Positions 42,496-51,987 of a DNA stretch of 64,000 bases are shown here, one piece after another (the stretch's first letter is position 1; each line of letters starts with the position of its first letter). The notes beneath the pieces were generated by a model. It was not told the DNA's origin, searched no databases, and was given only the letters and a program-made list of their open reading frames with translations. Made by a program: the position numbers and the translations under genes. This DNA comes from a virus (taxonomy: Duplodnaviria; Heunggongvirae; Uroviricota; Caudoviricetes): IMG/VR virus record IMGVR_UViG_3300020594_000001, positions 45,600 to 109,599 of that record. The stretch is one strand, 5' to 3'.

Positions 42496-43071
42496 TTAAG
42501 CTGTCACTCTCATTGCGCGATACATGGCGATCGCAGCCTTGAATTGCTCGGTTTGGATTCCTGCGTTAATGACTGCAACCGCGTCCGCAAGGTGTTCGTT
42601 CGCCTTGGTGGGCACCATCTTCCCGCCCCGCTTAGTCATCAGCCAGGGCGCTGCCGGAAAGCGAGTCATGGCTTCCTCGATCATTTCTTCTTTGGCAGCG
42701 TGGCGTGATCCGCAAAATAGTTGCTTTACGTCTTGGGGAAATACTTGGATGAGCGGGACCGGGCAGTTGGTTAGCACACCCGTAACAAGCCCTGAGTTGA
42801 AGTTCGCGCTCGCGTAGCCCTTGGGGTCGCAGAATGGGATTTCACTGATTACGAACGACGCGCCTTCGCATGCTTTCACAAAGCCATTTCGCACAATATT
42901 TGCCCTGCGAAGGTCGTCGGAGTCTTTGCGCACCCCTTTCTTGGTTTCGGGCTCAGTCTTGATCAGAATCAAGTCTTCCACGTCGTAACTCTCACTGGCA
43001 ATATCGACCTGGGCGATGGCAATGCCAAAGTTGGCCGTCGACGGGTCAACACCCACAACTCGAATCTTCAA
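42496..43071 (-). CDS. RuvC-like Holliday junction resolvase
   Basis: N-terminal RVVGVDPSTANFGIAIA matches the RuvC catalytic Asp motif. Confidence 0.55.
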   Translation of the reverse strand: MKIRVVGVDPSTANFGIAIAQVDIASESYDVEDLILIKTEPETKKGVRKDSDDLRRANIVRNGFVKACEGASFVISEIPFCDPKGYASANFNSGLVTGVLTNCPVPLIQVFPQDVKQLFCGSRHAAKEEMIEEAMTRFPAAPWLMTKRGGKMVPTKANEHLADAVAVINAGIQTEQFKAAIAMYRAMRVTA

Positions 43072-43087
43072 AACAATCTCCGTTAAG

Positions 43088-43531
43088 TTACCAACTGCCC
43101 CAATTGGGGTTTTCCTTATTTATAGTGAGCGCATCACTCGCTTGTGCCTCGGACTCAGCGCGCTCACGCTCCAGGGAAGCGCCAAGGTGTTCGCGAGATT
43201 CAAAGCTGTTAATCGCTTGGAGCAGAACGTCTTTTAGACTGGAATCGAAGATGTCCAGCGCATTGTTCGGCCCAACCCATATAGTCGACCCATCCGAGTA
43301 ATCGGCAAAGCAAAGCCTCCACCCGACTATCGATGCGTCAAGCTCGGCACTCTGTAGATCGAGAGCTTCTTCCCCAATGTATGAATGAAGGGTAGTTGCG
43401 CCATACCTTGTCGTCGCCGAAAGACGACAAGGGCAGGCAAGGCGAAATTTAAACGGTTTGGCGTCGAGAAGCCTGGTTATTTCACCGACCCATTGTTCTG
43501 GCGTTAATGCCCCAAGAATTTCGTCACGCAA
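43088..43531 (-). CDS. hypothetical protein, 147 aa
   Basis: The motif at 43121..43140 lies just 3' of its stop. Confidence 0.4.
   Translation of the reverse strand: MRDEILGALTPEQWVGEITRLLDAKPFKFRLACPCRLSATTRYGATTLHSYIGEEALDLQSAELDASIVGWRLCFADYSDGSTIWVGPNNALDIFDSSLKDVLLQAINSFESREHLGASLERERAESEAQASDALTINKENPNWGSW
43098..43140 (-). promoter_or_regulatory. phage motif (GCGCTCACTATAAATAAGG) followed by hairpin CCCCAATTGGGG
   Basis: Intergenic, between 43088..43531 and the RuvC-like gene. Confidence 0.5.
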
Positions 43532-45491
43532 CGAGCGCCCCTTCTGCGTATGAGCCGTCAGCTTCCTTTGTCATTGTGGCTACTGTATCTATCCAGTCGC
43601 GCAAATCGTGGTGCGATATGACCAGCACCGTGCCTTTTTCCCGCGCGCGACGCTCCAGCACCACCATCAATCGCTCCAACCCCGCCACGTCCAGGGCTTG
43701 GTCGATTTCGTCACCAATGAAGAGGTTGATGGGCTTAACCGCCCGCGAAGCCTGCAAGTCTTGCAGCGCCATCACAGTCGCCAGTCTGGTTCTACGCTTT
43801 TCACCGCCAGACAAGAGCCCGAATGTGCCCCCGCCATTGATATGGCTCACCGCGATGTTGAACTTCTCGCGAACCTCGCCCTTAGCAGTCTCGCCCAGCG
43901 TCGACCAGACTGCGTTGATCTCGCCGTCAGACATGATCGACAGGTAATCTTGCGTGCGCTCGTTCAGGAAGGGTGTCACCGTGTCAAGAATCTGGGCGCG
44001 CACCCCTGCAGGGCTAAAGACCTGCGCGACACATTTCGCCACCTCCAGCTTTGCTTCGAGCGCCCCGGTGGCGACGTCTGCCTTGCTAATGTTTTCCAGC
44101 GTCTTCGCAATTCGCTTTTCGAGCATTTCGAGCGCTGTGGTGCCAGGGTTTGCCTCGGTCATGAATGTCTCGGCCTGCGCGACCATACCCTTATATCGCG
44201 TCATATGCGAGCCAAGGGTCGCTTTCATGTCACCCGCTTGGCGAAGCAGCGCACTGATGCGCGAATACTCAGCGGACACCTCTGAGACGTCAGGAATCGC
44301 CCGCTGCGCCACCGCAACGCCCTCTTCAAGCGCAACCACCTCATTGGCGATCTGGGCGTGCTCCTCGCGTTTTACGCGCACCTGCTCAAGCTGCGCTTTC
44401 AATCGTGTGGTCGCGTGTGCCACGTATTCGCCAAGCTCTTCCTCGGTGTGGGGCTTGCCACACTCTGGGCAGGGCTTCTTCATTTCTTCAGGCGCATTCT
44501 TAACCTGCTCTTGTGTGCGCTTGGCTTGCTCAGCGTGCTGGCGAAGACTGTTAGTGACGTTCGATAGTCGTATCTGTGCGTTGTGCAGCGCTTTCTGAGC
44601 GTCCTGGTATGCTTGCTGCGCGGGCTTTGCGCCCTCCAGGGCCAGCGAGCATTCCTGCAGCTTGTCATTGAGCTCATCGACATTGATGGCTTTATATTGA
44701 GCGCCCAGGGTTGTGATTGTTATCTTGAGAGTTTCTGCCTCCCTTAATGCCTCTGCTTTGCGCGTCGCCCTTCCCTTTTCGAATTCGTCGACCTCTGCCT
44801 TAATCGACTCAAGCGATCGCTCGTCACTACGCAGGGAGGTCACATTGGCTTCCTTCGACGATTGAACGACGTCCATTTCCCGCTTGACGTCATTCAGTTC
44901 ATCGCGCGCCAACTCATACGCCTGTTCAAAGCGGTTTATGCCTGCCGCCTCTTCGATGATCGCCTTCAGAGCCTTGTCAGTCATGTTGGGCAGGTCAGGG
45001 GTAGCCTCCTGGCCCGCGTAAATTGCCGCCACGAAGACCTCGCGCGAGCACCCAAGAATTTCCTCGATGAGGCCCTGGGTATCTTTGTCTGTCGCCAGGG
45101 TGATGTCTGCCCAGCCATCAGCACCAAATTTCTCGACACGCACCGCGTTCTTGTGGACTTTGTGCTTGCGGTAGCGACTCACGCGGTAAAGTTGTCCGCC
45201 GTCATCCAGCTCGACAACCACCTCGCAGTTTTTCTTGGCTTTGTTGTTGATGACTGAGTCGCCCGTTTCACCCCGCGCGGTCGCGTTGAACAGACACCAG
45301 CTGAGCGCGTCGACGATGCTGGACTTGCCCGCGCCGTTCGGGCCTTCGATAAGCACAAGCCCGCGCTCGCACAGATTCAGGGGCGGACATTTCCCGCCAA
45401 TCGCGAGAAAGTTCTTTATTATCAGAGTATTAATGTTCATTCGAGCGGGCTTCCCCAGATTGTTTTTGCCACCATAGCCACCTGTCGACAT
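43524..45491 (-). CDS. sbcC: SbcC/Rad50-like recombination ATPase
   Basis: N-terminal Walker A GPNGAGKSS, a long coiled-coil middle, and a C-terminal Walker B/D-loop LFIGDEIDQALD. Confidence 0.75.
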   Translation of the reverse strand: MSTGGYGGKNNLGKPARMNINTLIIKNFLAIGGKCPPLNLCERGLVLIEGPNGAGKSSIVDALSWCLFNATARGETGDSVINNKAKKNCEVVVELDDGGQLYRVSRYRKHKVHKNAVRVEKFGADGWADITLATDKDTQGLIEEILGCSREVFVAAIYAGQEATPDLPNMTDKALKAIIEEAAGINRFEQAYELARDELNDVKREMDVVQSSKEANVTSLRSDERSLESIKAEVDEFEKGRATRKAEALREAETLKITITTLGAQYKAINVDELNDKLQECSLALEGAKPAQQAYQDAQKALHNAQIRLSNVTNSLRQHAEQAKRTQEQVKNAPEEMKKPCPECGKPHTEEELGEYVAHATTRLKAQLEQVRVKREEHAQIANEVVALEEGVAVAQRAIPDVSEVSAEYSRISALLRQAGDMKATLGSHMTRYKGMVAQAETFMTEANPGTTALEMLEKRIAKTLENISKADVATGALEAKLEVAKCVAQVFSPAGVRAQILDTVTPFLNERTQDYLSIMSDGEINAVWSTLGETAKGEVREKFNIAVSHINGGGTFGLLSGGEKRRTRLATVMALQDLQASRAVKPINLFIGDEIDQALDVAGLERLMVVLERRAREKGTVLVISHHDLRDWIDTVATMTKEADGSYAEGALVA

Positions 45492-45820
45492 GTCTCAACA
45501 TCGAACATACCTATGTGACAATCGGATTTTGGAATGTTCAGCTTCTGTGCCAGTAGCTCATATGCCCGGCTGCGGGTGAATGCGCCCGTCTTCCAGAGTG
45601 GGTCGAACGCAGCATGCGCCCGCATCTTTGCACTTCGCAGAGCCCCGTTTGCCAGTCGACCCAAGGGCTTATCAGTGCCTTTATGGCAACCGACATACGC
45701 ATCGCACGGCGCGCACAGATAGAAAAGTTGCTCGAACAAGTCTGGACGATGCGGGTATATCTTGCGCCCCGTCACAAGGCTGCTTGGCCCCCTGCAGTAT
45801 GAGCACTGAACAATTCTCAT
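45437..45820 (-). CDS. zinc-finger protein, 127 aa
   Basis: Start trimmed to MRIVQCSYC. Cys clusters CSYC ... CAPC. Confidence 0.4.
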   Translation of the reverse strand: MRIVQCSYCRGPSSLVTGRKIYPHRPDLFEQLFYLCAPCDAYVGCHKGTDKPLGRLANGALRSAKMRAHAAFDPLWKTGAFTRSRAYELLAQKLNIPKSDCHIGMFDVETCRQVAMVAKTIWGSPLE

Positions 45821-46026
45821 AGTTGGACCTTCATCAGCGCAATTGCGCCCGCCAGTGGGCAACAAACATGAAACAGCACGACGAGCATTTCTCTCGTGCT
45901 TCCCGGGGGTGCTTCCACCCACAATTGCAAGTCAAAGAAGGCGAATGCAAAAAGCGATAAGAGCGGAAGCGCGATGAACACCAAGGCGAAGCCGTTGATA
46001 ACTCCCTCTTTAAACGCATTGCTCAT
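45817..46026 (-). CDS. small membrane protein, 69 aa
   Basis: Hydrophobic segment GFALVFIALPLLSLFAFAFF. Confidence 0.35.
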   Translation of the reverse strand: MSNAFKEGVINGFALVFIALPLLSLFAFAFFDLQLWVEAPPGSTREMLVVLFHVCCPLAGAIALMKVQL

Positions 46027-47105
46027 AGCGATACCCCCGCGACTGAAAGAATTCGAGCGCACGCATCATTGACAGCCTTCTTGTCACTGAATGCCTGTGC
46101 CGCAATGTAGTGTTCTACGCTCTTGAAGATCGATGCTCCACCGCTGACGGATGCGCTGACCCCGCCCTCACGCGTCACCCTCGCTTTTGGCATTGATCGA
46201 ATCAGAACGCCCTTGGCTCCCCAGGAGATAAGTTCTGCACGAATTGCCTCGATTTCGCTATGGGCAGACTTTTCAGTCTTTACCCTCACGTAGTTGCCGT
46301 CGACCATCAGAGGGACGTCCTCTGACTCGAACTCAGCCAGCTGATCGAGGTCGAGAAACTCGGGAAGGTGCGATTTGAAGAACTTGACCGTATCGTCATG
46401 CACTAGCAGAAAGCCCGCCTTAGTGCCCACGTCGGACCAGGTGTGATGCGCCAGCGCACCAATCGAATAGACCTCGCCGGGGAATTGTTTGTAGTTGTGG
46501 TAATGACCTGACAGAATACGCTTGAAGCCGCGCTCTGCAAGCCAAGCGGGGTCAATTCCGGTGTCAGGCAAGCCCTGGATCACTCCGTTTACCGGAGCGT
46601 GAATGATCAGCGTATATTCGCCAACGTTTGGCCCCAGAAGCTCTGCGACACGAACAATTTCAGCGTGTAACGAAGACACCTTGTCATACCAGGGAATCAT
46701 CGCAACCTTGTCGTCGGTAAAGACTTCGGTCGCATTGACGATTTCGACCGCTTCAGTCTCCAATGCAGTCACCGCACTGGAAAGGCGCTCTGAGTCACGG
46801 CGCGCAAGGTCATGGTTGCCCGAGATAATTCGAAACTCGAAACCCCGCTCCGTCAATTCGGTAAGCGTGTCGAGCACCGGGTTGAGCACCAAAGGTGACA
46901 CCTGGCCGCGAGTGTGGAATACATCGCCACCACAGTAGATGCGGTTTCCCCCCGCCTTGCGAGTTTCTTCCGCGCAGCGCTTGAGCTCGCCAAGCAACCC
47001 ACGCAGGCGCAGACTCACCCCATCAGGGTCATCCTCACTGAAGCTACTCCAAGCGTGGAAGTGCGGGTCAGAGAACAGGCCAAATGGCTTTTTCATAGTA
47101 AGCAC
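46023..47105 (-). CDS. sbcD: SbcD/Mre11-like nuclease
   Basis: Calcineurin-like phosphoesterase motifs DPHF, GGDVFH and GNHD; adjacent to sbcC. Confidence 0.75.
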   Translation of the reverse strand: MLTMKKPFGLFSDPHFHAWSSFSEDDPDGVSLRLRGLLGELKRCAEETRKAGGNRIYCGGDVFHTRGQVSPLVLNPVLDTLTELTERGFEFRIISGNHDLARRDSERLSSAVTALETEAVEIVNATEVFTDDKVAMIPWYDKVSSLHAEIVRVAELLGPNVGEYTLIIHAPVNGVIQGLPDTGIDPAWLAERGFKRILSGHYHNYKQFPGEVYSIGALAHHTWSDVGTKAGFLLVHDDTVKFFKSHLPEFLDLDQLAEFESEDVPLMVDGNYVRVKTEKSAHSEIEAIRAELISWGAKGVLIRSMPKARVTREGGVSASVSGGASIFKSVEHYIAAQAFSDKKAVNDACARILSVAGVSL

Positions 47106-47115
47106 TTACTCCAAA

Positions 47116-47517
47116 TCACTTGTAAAAAATATGACCGCCATGGGTCGCTACCACCGTATAGTGACTCGCCCAATAAGGACGCACATTCTGCGCATGGAAG
47201 TGCGTCGCACCTCCGACCACGCGGGGCAGCAAACCCCAAAGCGCCAACTGGGCGAGAACCAAAGACCTGCCCCACGCTTCGGGCTCTTTGCGTAGATGTT
47301 TCTTATTGACCCATGCGCCCCGCTCTGTTGCCCTTACGCGCGTCACAGTCCATGAGAACTGCTTTCGCTTCAAGACCACCGCGCACACTTGATCAGGGCG
47401 GTATTGCGCTCGATTCAAAGTGACATTTGCCACTGCAATTTGGCCGACCAGAGGTTCGCCCCGGCTTTCAAAGAATAGATTGCTTGCCAAACACAGCAGC
47501 GCGCTTGTTAAGAACAT
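47116..47517 (-). CDS. SleB-type cell-wall hydrolase (Hydrolase_2 family), possible lysis or peptidoglycan-remodelling enzyme
   Basis: ESRGEPLVGQIAVANVTLNR and THFH resemble the SleB/CwlJ family. Confidence 0.5.
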   Translation of the reverse strand: MFLTSALLCLASNLFFESRGEPLVGQIAVANVTLNRAQYRPDQVCAVVLKRKQFSWTVTRVRATERGAWVNKKHLRKEPEAWGRSLVLAQLALWGLLPRVVGGATHFHAQNVRPYWASHYTVVATHGGHIFYK

Positions 47518-47559
47518 TGTGGTTCGCCCGTTGTTTTGGTTAGTTATAGTGTCCCGCGA

Positions 47560-48033
47560 CTAAGTCGGAACCCTAAGCATCCACTCCAGGCGCTCTTTCT
47601 CAGTCAATCGGTCGATCGTCTGCATAAACATTGGATCGATCAACCATTGGCGCGAACCGCCCTTGCGCTTTGCGCCGCTATGGCCTGTGAAATCCCAGGG
47701 GTCTTTTCTGCGGTGGGCGAAGTAGTCGTTGACGCTAATTAGGTAATACATTGCGACGTTCTTAGGGTCGATATTGCGGCTTTCCCGCTTCGACACCGCA
47801 ACCCCTAGAAACTCAGCGCCCAGCATCTTGAGCCAGCCATCTAACACAGCGTCAAGCGCCCAAGCGCCTTGCATCTTGTGAACTTGTTCATCGGGTAAGC
47901 GAGCGGCAAAATAGACTTTCTTGCCGCTCGCATATACCCGAAACTCCCCGTAGAATGCGCCACGATTGGTCATTCTCTTGGACTTGTAAGCACCTGATTT
48001 GTGCGTTTTGTAGTCAGCGGAGAGCTTATACAT
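47560..48033 (-). CDS. hypothetical protein, 157 aa
   Basis: Minus-strand ORF. Confidence 0.4.
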   Translation of the reverse strand: MYKLSADYKTHKSGAYKSKRMTNRGAFYGEFRVYASGKKVYFAARLPDEQVHKMQGAWALDAVLDGWLKMLGAEFLGVAVSKRESRNIDPKNVAMYYLISVNDYFAHRRKDPWDFTGHSGAKRKGGSRQWLIDPMFMQTIDRLTEKERLEWMLRVPT

Positions 48034-48036
48034 GCC

Positions 48037-48381
48037 TTACCAGCTTCCCCACGCAGGATGCTGGGACGAGGCGGGCGGGCGAGCTACTGGCGCATGCGCT
48101 TTGGCTGGCCCTGTTCCAGACACTTCGCCCAACTCCTTCTGGCGCTTATGTCGGGCCTTCTCGCCAGAGAGAATTGCCCGCTCAGCGTCTTCATGGTTGT
48201 CAGCAACCCAGGCGGCGATCAGTTCCTCCACCTTCTCGTCGACCGAAACAACGTTGGCAGCGACGCACCAGACCAGATAGCCCGGGTCTTTCTTTGCAAG
48301 CTGCGCGCCAGACAATCGCTCGCTCTTGTATTTCCCGAAAGAAACGATCCCATCGCTCAGTATGCGGTTAAACGGGCGCAT
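48037..48381 (-). CDS. hypothetical protein, 114 aa
   Basis: Minus-strand ORF. Confidence 0.4.
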   Translation of the reverse strand: MRPFNRILSDGIVSFGKYKSERLSGAQLAKKDPGYLVWCVAANVVSVDEKVEELIAAWVADNHEDAERAILSGEKARHKRQKELGEVSGTGPAKAHAPVARPPASSQHPAWGSW

Positions 48382-48730
48382 GCTCGATAATCTCCAAATA
48401 TATGACAGTCACCTTAGAATCTTCGCTGCACTTGTGCGGCCCGTAGCGCTTGATCATGCTTTGCGTTATGCGCTGGGCTGCAATGTCGGGGCTAAACTCT
48501 GAATGATTGTGGTTTTGACTGCCGTGCTTGATTGCCATATCGCGAAGTGAGCCAGAGTCGACGTCGGTGATTCTTGCCCTTGCTATGACCAGCGACCGAG
48601 CGGTATTGACCATTAGCACACGGTCGCCCGCCTTTACACGCTTAGTCCAAGCGACGCCCAGGCGAAATGTGTTGAAATTGCCGGTGAACCCAATCAGTGG
48701 CGGCGAGAAATCCAAAGCATACTTTTCCAT
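48368..48730 (-). CDS. hypothetical protein, 120 aa
   Basis: Minus-strand ORF. Confidence 0.4.
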   Translation of the reverse strand: MEKYALDFSPPLIGFTGNFNTFRLGVAWTKRVKAGDRVLMVNTARSLVIARARITDVDSGSLRDMAIKHGSQNHNHSEFSPDIAAQRITQSMIKRYGPHKCSEDSKVTVIYLEIIEHAPV

Positions 48731-48783
48731 AGCTCCTCCTAGAGTAAAAAAGAAGTGCGCCCAAACGACGGGCGCACTCTATG

Positions 48784-49791
48784 CTACGGGGTTGCCAAAG
48801 CTTTCAATTCGCTTAACAGACCTTCACTTTCTATGTGCTTTATCAACGGCTTGCGGTGATACCTCTTGCCATCCGTCCATGTCAGGTAAGCGCCGCCCTG
48901 CTCGATCCGGCCAAGAGCGATCGCAGAATCCAATAGAGCACCCGTTACGTCGAAGTATGCAACCCCATCCTCTTCGAACATCATGTTCAGCTTGAACTCT
49001 TGAAACGGTCGAGTAAGCTTGTTCTTTACCGTCTTGATAGTGATGGTCTGGCCCACGAACTCTTTGCCTCCCTTAACCACCTCCATGATCTTGGAGCGCG
49101 TCAGCGACAGCCGGGTCGTTGCGTAGAACTCCATGCTAGAGCCCCCGGGCGTCGTAGTCGGGTCGCCATAGACCACACCGGGCTTCTGGCGAACTTGGTT
49201 CAGATACAGCACTGTGAAGTTGTATTGCTCAGCCAGCGCTGCCATCGACTTGAGCGTGGTCGAGGTGATCCGCGCCAGCGCGGTCGTGTCGTTCATGTTC
49301 AATTCGTCGAGGTCTTTACCGATAGTGCTTTCGGTATTGCACGAAGCAATAGAGTCCAAAACGAACAGAATGGGTGCGGTGGGCGGGATTGCCTTGCTGT
49401 TTCGAATAGCCTGTGCCGCCTTCGCAATGCCAGTATTGGACTTCTCCCAGGTCGTGGGCTGCTTGTAGATCCAGTAAGGAAATTCGTCTGACAACCCCAC
49501 GTTCTTTGCAAGGCGCAGATCGAACGTTTTTTCGTGATCGTGGAAGCCCGCGACACCGCCCGCTTTCTGAGCTTGTGCCATGATGTGCGTGGCGATTGCA
49601 GTTTTTCCCGCTGAGCTTGGGGCAAAGATTTCCATCAGCCTGCCTTGGGGGATTCCCCCCTCAGCTTTACCACTGATGATTTGGTTTAGCAAGGGGATGC
49701 CCATATCGATGTAATGGGTAACCCCCTGGTTCTCGTGGTTCTCACCTACCGCGCCAAGCAGGGCCTTGGCGAGGTCTTCGACTGCTGTCAT
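48784..49791 (-). CDS. RecA-superfamily ATPase (phage UvsX/RadA/Sak4-like recombinase)
   Basis: Walker A APSSAGKTA and Walker B ILFVLDS; 335 aa. Confidence 0.55.
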   Translation of the reverse strand: MTAVEDLAKALLGAVGENHENQGVTHYIDMGIPLLNQIISGKAEGGIPQGRLMEIFAPSSAGKTAIATHIMAQAQKAGGVAGFHDHEKTFDLRLAKNVGLSDEFPYWIYKQPTTWEKSNTGIAKAAQAIRNSKAIPPTAPILFVLDSIASCNTESTIGKDLDELNMNDTTALARITSTTLKSMAALAEQYNFTVLYLNQVRQKPGVVYGDPTTTPGGSSMEFYATTRLSLTRSKIMEVVKGGKEFVGQTITIKTVKNKLTRPFQEFKLNMMFEEDGVAYFDVTGALLDSAIALGRIEQGGAYLTWTDGKRYHRKPLIKHIESEGLLSELKALATP

Positions 49792-50063
49792 GCTTTATCC
49801 TTTTCAGGGGGTTGTTGGTGATTCAATGTCACCGCGTTCTTGGGCGAGTAGGTCATACTCTGCGTGTTGATGACGCACCCACTGAACTGAGGTTGCTCAC
49901 GAAGCGCGACCAGAATGTCGTGCAGCTTCATGTAGATCATCGTCACCGAAAAGCCAACTACGCCCGCCCCTGTAGTTATAGGATCAAGATCGGTCAGCTT
50001 CGCCACGATGACGTATGCCGCCATCATGAACACCACATAGTGATCGTCGAACAGTTTCTTCAT
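49788..50063 (-). CDS. small membrane protein, 91 aa
   Basis: Hydrophobic segments VVFMMAAYVIVA and GVVGFSVTMIYM. Confidence 0.4.
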   Translation of the reverse strand: MKKLFDDHYVVFMMAAYVIVAKLTDLDPITTGAGVVGFSVTMIYMKLHDILVALREQPQFSGCVINTQSMTYSPKNAVTLNHQQPPEKDKA

Positions 50064-50986
50064 TCTTTTCCTTCTAACCGTTTTTCAAGAGGCGCGAACC
50101 ACTCGTCGAAATCGCGTAATATGCTTTGAAAATTCAGCTTCTCGCACAACGCCCGGAAGTTGTGCTTGTTGAGCTCTGGCTTGAGCACTCTTACGTTGGC
50201 AGGAGGCGGTGCCTTGACGTCCTGCAGGCTCATCAGCTTCATGTTGCGCGCAAAGGTCGCCCTGCCCTCCGGTGACGCGAGATTCTTGTGCTTGACATAC
50301 TTCGGAACAAATATCCCTTCGTCAACCTGCCGAAAGAACTCGTCAACGGAGCCGAACTCAGCGAGAATTTCGGGTGCAGTCTTCTTACCTATCTTGGGCA
50401 CTCCATCGATGGAATCACTTTCATCGCCTATTAGCGCCTTGCCCTGGATGTAGGACATGCCATCTTTGTAGCCCGTCATTTCGAAGTAATTCAGGGGGGT
50501 GAATTTCTTGTCGTTGATGGGGTCGACCCACTGACAGTCCGGCCCAACCAGCTGCGACCAGTCAGTGTCTGACGACACGAGGCGCACCAGCGAACCACCA
50601 CTTGTGATGCGACGTGTAAAGTAACCCGCTAGGTCATCTGCTTCTTGGCAGGTCGCGTAAACTTGGTGAATGCCCATCCAGGTCAATGCCTTTCGCAGGT
50701 ATGGAATCTGCGCTTCGCGGGTTCGCTTGCGCTCTGCCGATTCGGGGTCGTCCAGCGCCTTCTTCTCCCTCCCCGATTTGTATTCAGGAAACAGGTCATA
50801 GCGCCACTGTGCACGCCCGTCCCATAACACCAGGGGCGACCATCCGGGATTACGAGTTACCAGCGCATGCACCTCTTTGGCAAAACCAAAGATCGCCTGA
50901 ACCTGGAAGTGCCCAGCGGTGAGTTTATTTGCGCTGTGATGAGCATAGACGCGGTTGCTTGCGTCTACGATGATCGTGTTCGTCAT
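50060..50986 (-). CDS. 5'-3' exonuclease / flap endonuclease (FEN-like)
   Basis: N-terminal PIN-like region with acidic residues, plus H3TH DGVPKIGKKTAPEIL. Confidence 0.65.
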   Translation of the reverse strand: MTNTIIVDASNRVYAHHSANKLTAGHFQVQAIFGFAKEVHALVTRNPGWSPLVLWDGRAQWRYDLFPEYKSGREKKALDDPESAERKRTREAQIPYLRKALTWMGIHQVYATCQEADDLAGYFTRRITSGGSLVRLVSSDTDWSQLVGPDCQWVDPINDKKFTPLNYFEMTGYKDGMSYIQGKALIGDESDSIDGVPKIGKKTAPEILAEFGSVDEFFRQVDEGIFVPKYVKHKNLASPEGRATFARNMKLMSLQDVKAPPPANVRVLKPELNKHNFRALCEKLNFQSILRDFDEWFAPLEKRLEGKE

Positions 50987-51041
50987 TCAAGTTCCGATAG
51001 AAATGGGCGGGCTTTCGCCCGCCCGGTTGCCCAGAGGGCGA

Positions 51042-51890
51042 TTACAGCCCTTCTATTTCCTTCAGCAGTTCGTCCATGCCCGATGCGTCGCTGTCAGCAG
51101 CGGTCGTTGCCGCCGCAGGCGCGTCCACCTTCGTTTCGGTCACCGTCTCGGGGATGTCATTGGTGCCGTCAGCACCCATGTCGTCCAGTTCAGCGGCAAC
51201 CGAAGCCAGGTCAGGCTTGGAGCTTGCGGGGCCAGACAGCAGACCCGCAACTTGCTTGAGATTCGCCAGCGCGCGGCGCTCTTGCTCGACGCTTTCTTGC
51301 TTCACGTAGTCGTCGAGGTCGGTCGCTTGCTTCATGATCGCTTCGGGAAGATCAGTCTTGCGACTGGAAGCCTGCAGCGAATACTTGGTCTGCAGACCCT
51401 TGCCCGTGCGTTCGATGGTGATCGCGCGGCCCTGCTTGAGCGCCAGAATCTCTTCGGTTCCCCACTCGCCCATGATGCTGAGCAACTGCGAGAACACATT
51501 GGGCGAAAGCTCCAGAATGGCAGCTTCGATCTTTTCGCCGCCCAGGTTGACCGCGTTCAGCAGAACACGACCAGCCGCCTTCGCGCCCTCGATGGTCTGC
51601 TTCACTTCGTCATTGGGCGAGGTCATGATGCCGTGCTGGATGGCATCACACACTTGGCAGGGTTGACCGAAGGTCTTGTCGGTGCAGACGTAGACCGCCT
51701 TCAGCTGGCCCTTCGTGTCTTTGATGAAGTGTTGGCCGAAGTCGTGCCAGAATTCGCCATCGGTATTGCCATCCCAACGGGGCAGAATGCGCCACGTCGA
51801 GGTGCCCTCGGGCGGTTTGACCGTGCGGCCACGGTTGTTGGACTGAATGGCTTGCTTCTTTTGGTTGATAAGGTCGAGCAGTTTGGACAT
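51042..51890 (-). CDS. putative single-stranded DNA-binding protein with acidic C-terminal tail
   Basis: CQVC Zn-like pair and acidic C-terminus DSDASGMDELLKEIEGL, in a replication-gene context. This is an inference only. Confidence 0.3.
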   Translation of the reverse strand: MSKLLDLINQKKQAIQSNNRGRTVKPPEGTSTWRILPRWDGNTDGEFWHDFGQHFIKDTKGQLKAVYVCTDKTFGQPCQVCDAIQHGIMTSPNDEVKQTIEGAKAAGRVLLNAVNLGGEKIEAAILELSPNVFSQLLSIMGEWGTEEILALKQGRAITIERTGKGLQTKYSLQASSRKTDLPEAIMKQATDLDDYVKQESVEQERRALANLKQVAGLLSGPASSKPDLASVAAELDDMGADGTNDIPETVTETKVDAPAAATTAADSDASGMDELLKEIEGL

Positions 51891-51932
51891 AGAGTGTTCT
51901 CCGTTCTGTGTCTTTTGGCGTGTTGTGCATCG

Positions 51933-51978
51933 TCGAAAGTGAGTGCTTACGAAGTATAGTAAGCACTCACTACGATAC
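51933..51978. promoter_or_regulatory. double (inverted) copy of the phage motif: AGTGAGTGCTTAC-N8-GTAAGCACTCACT
   Basis: A 13-bp inverted repeat in the intergenic gap upstream of the SSB-like gene. Confidence 0.5.
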
Positions 51979-51987
51979 AGACGCCCG

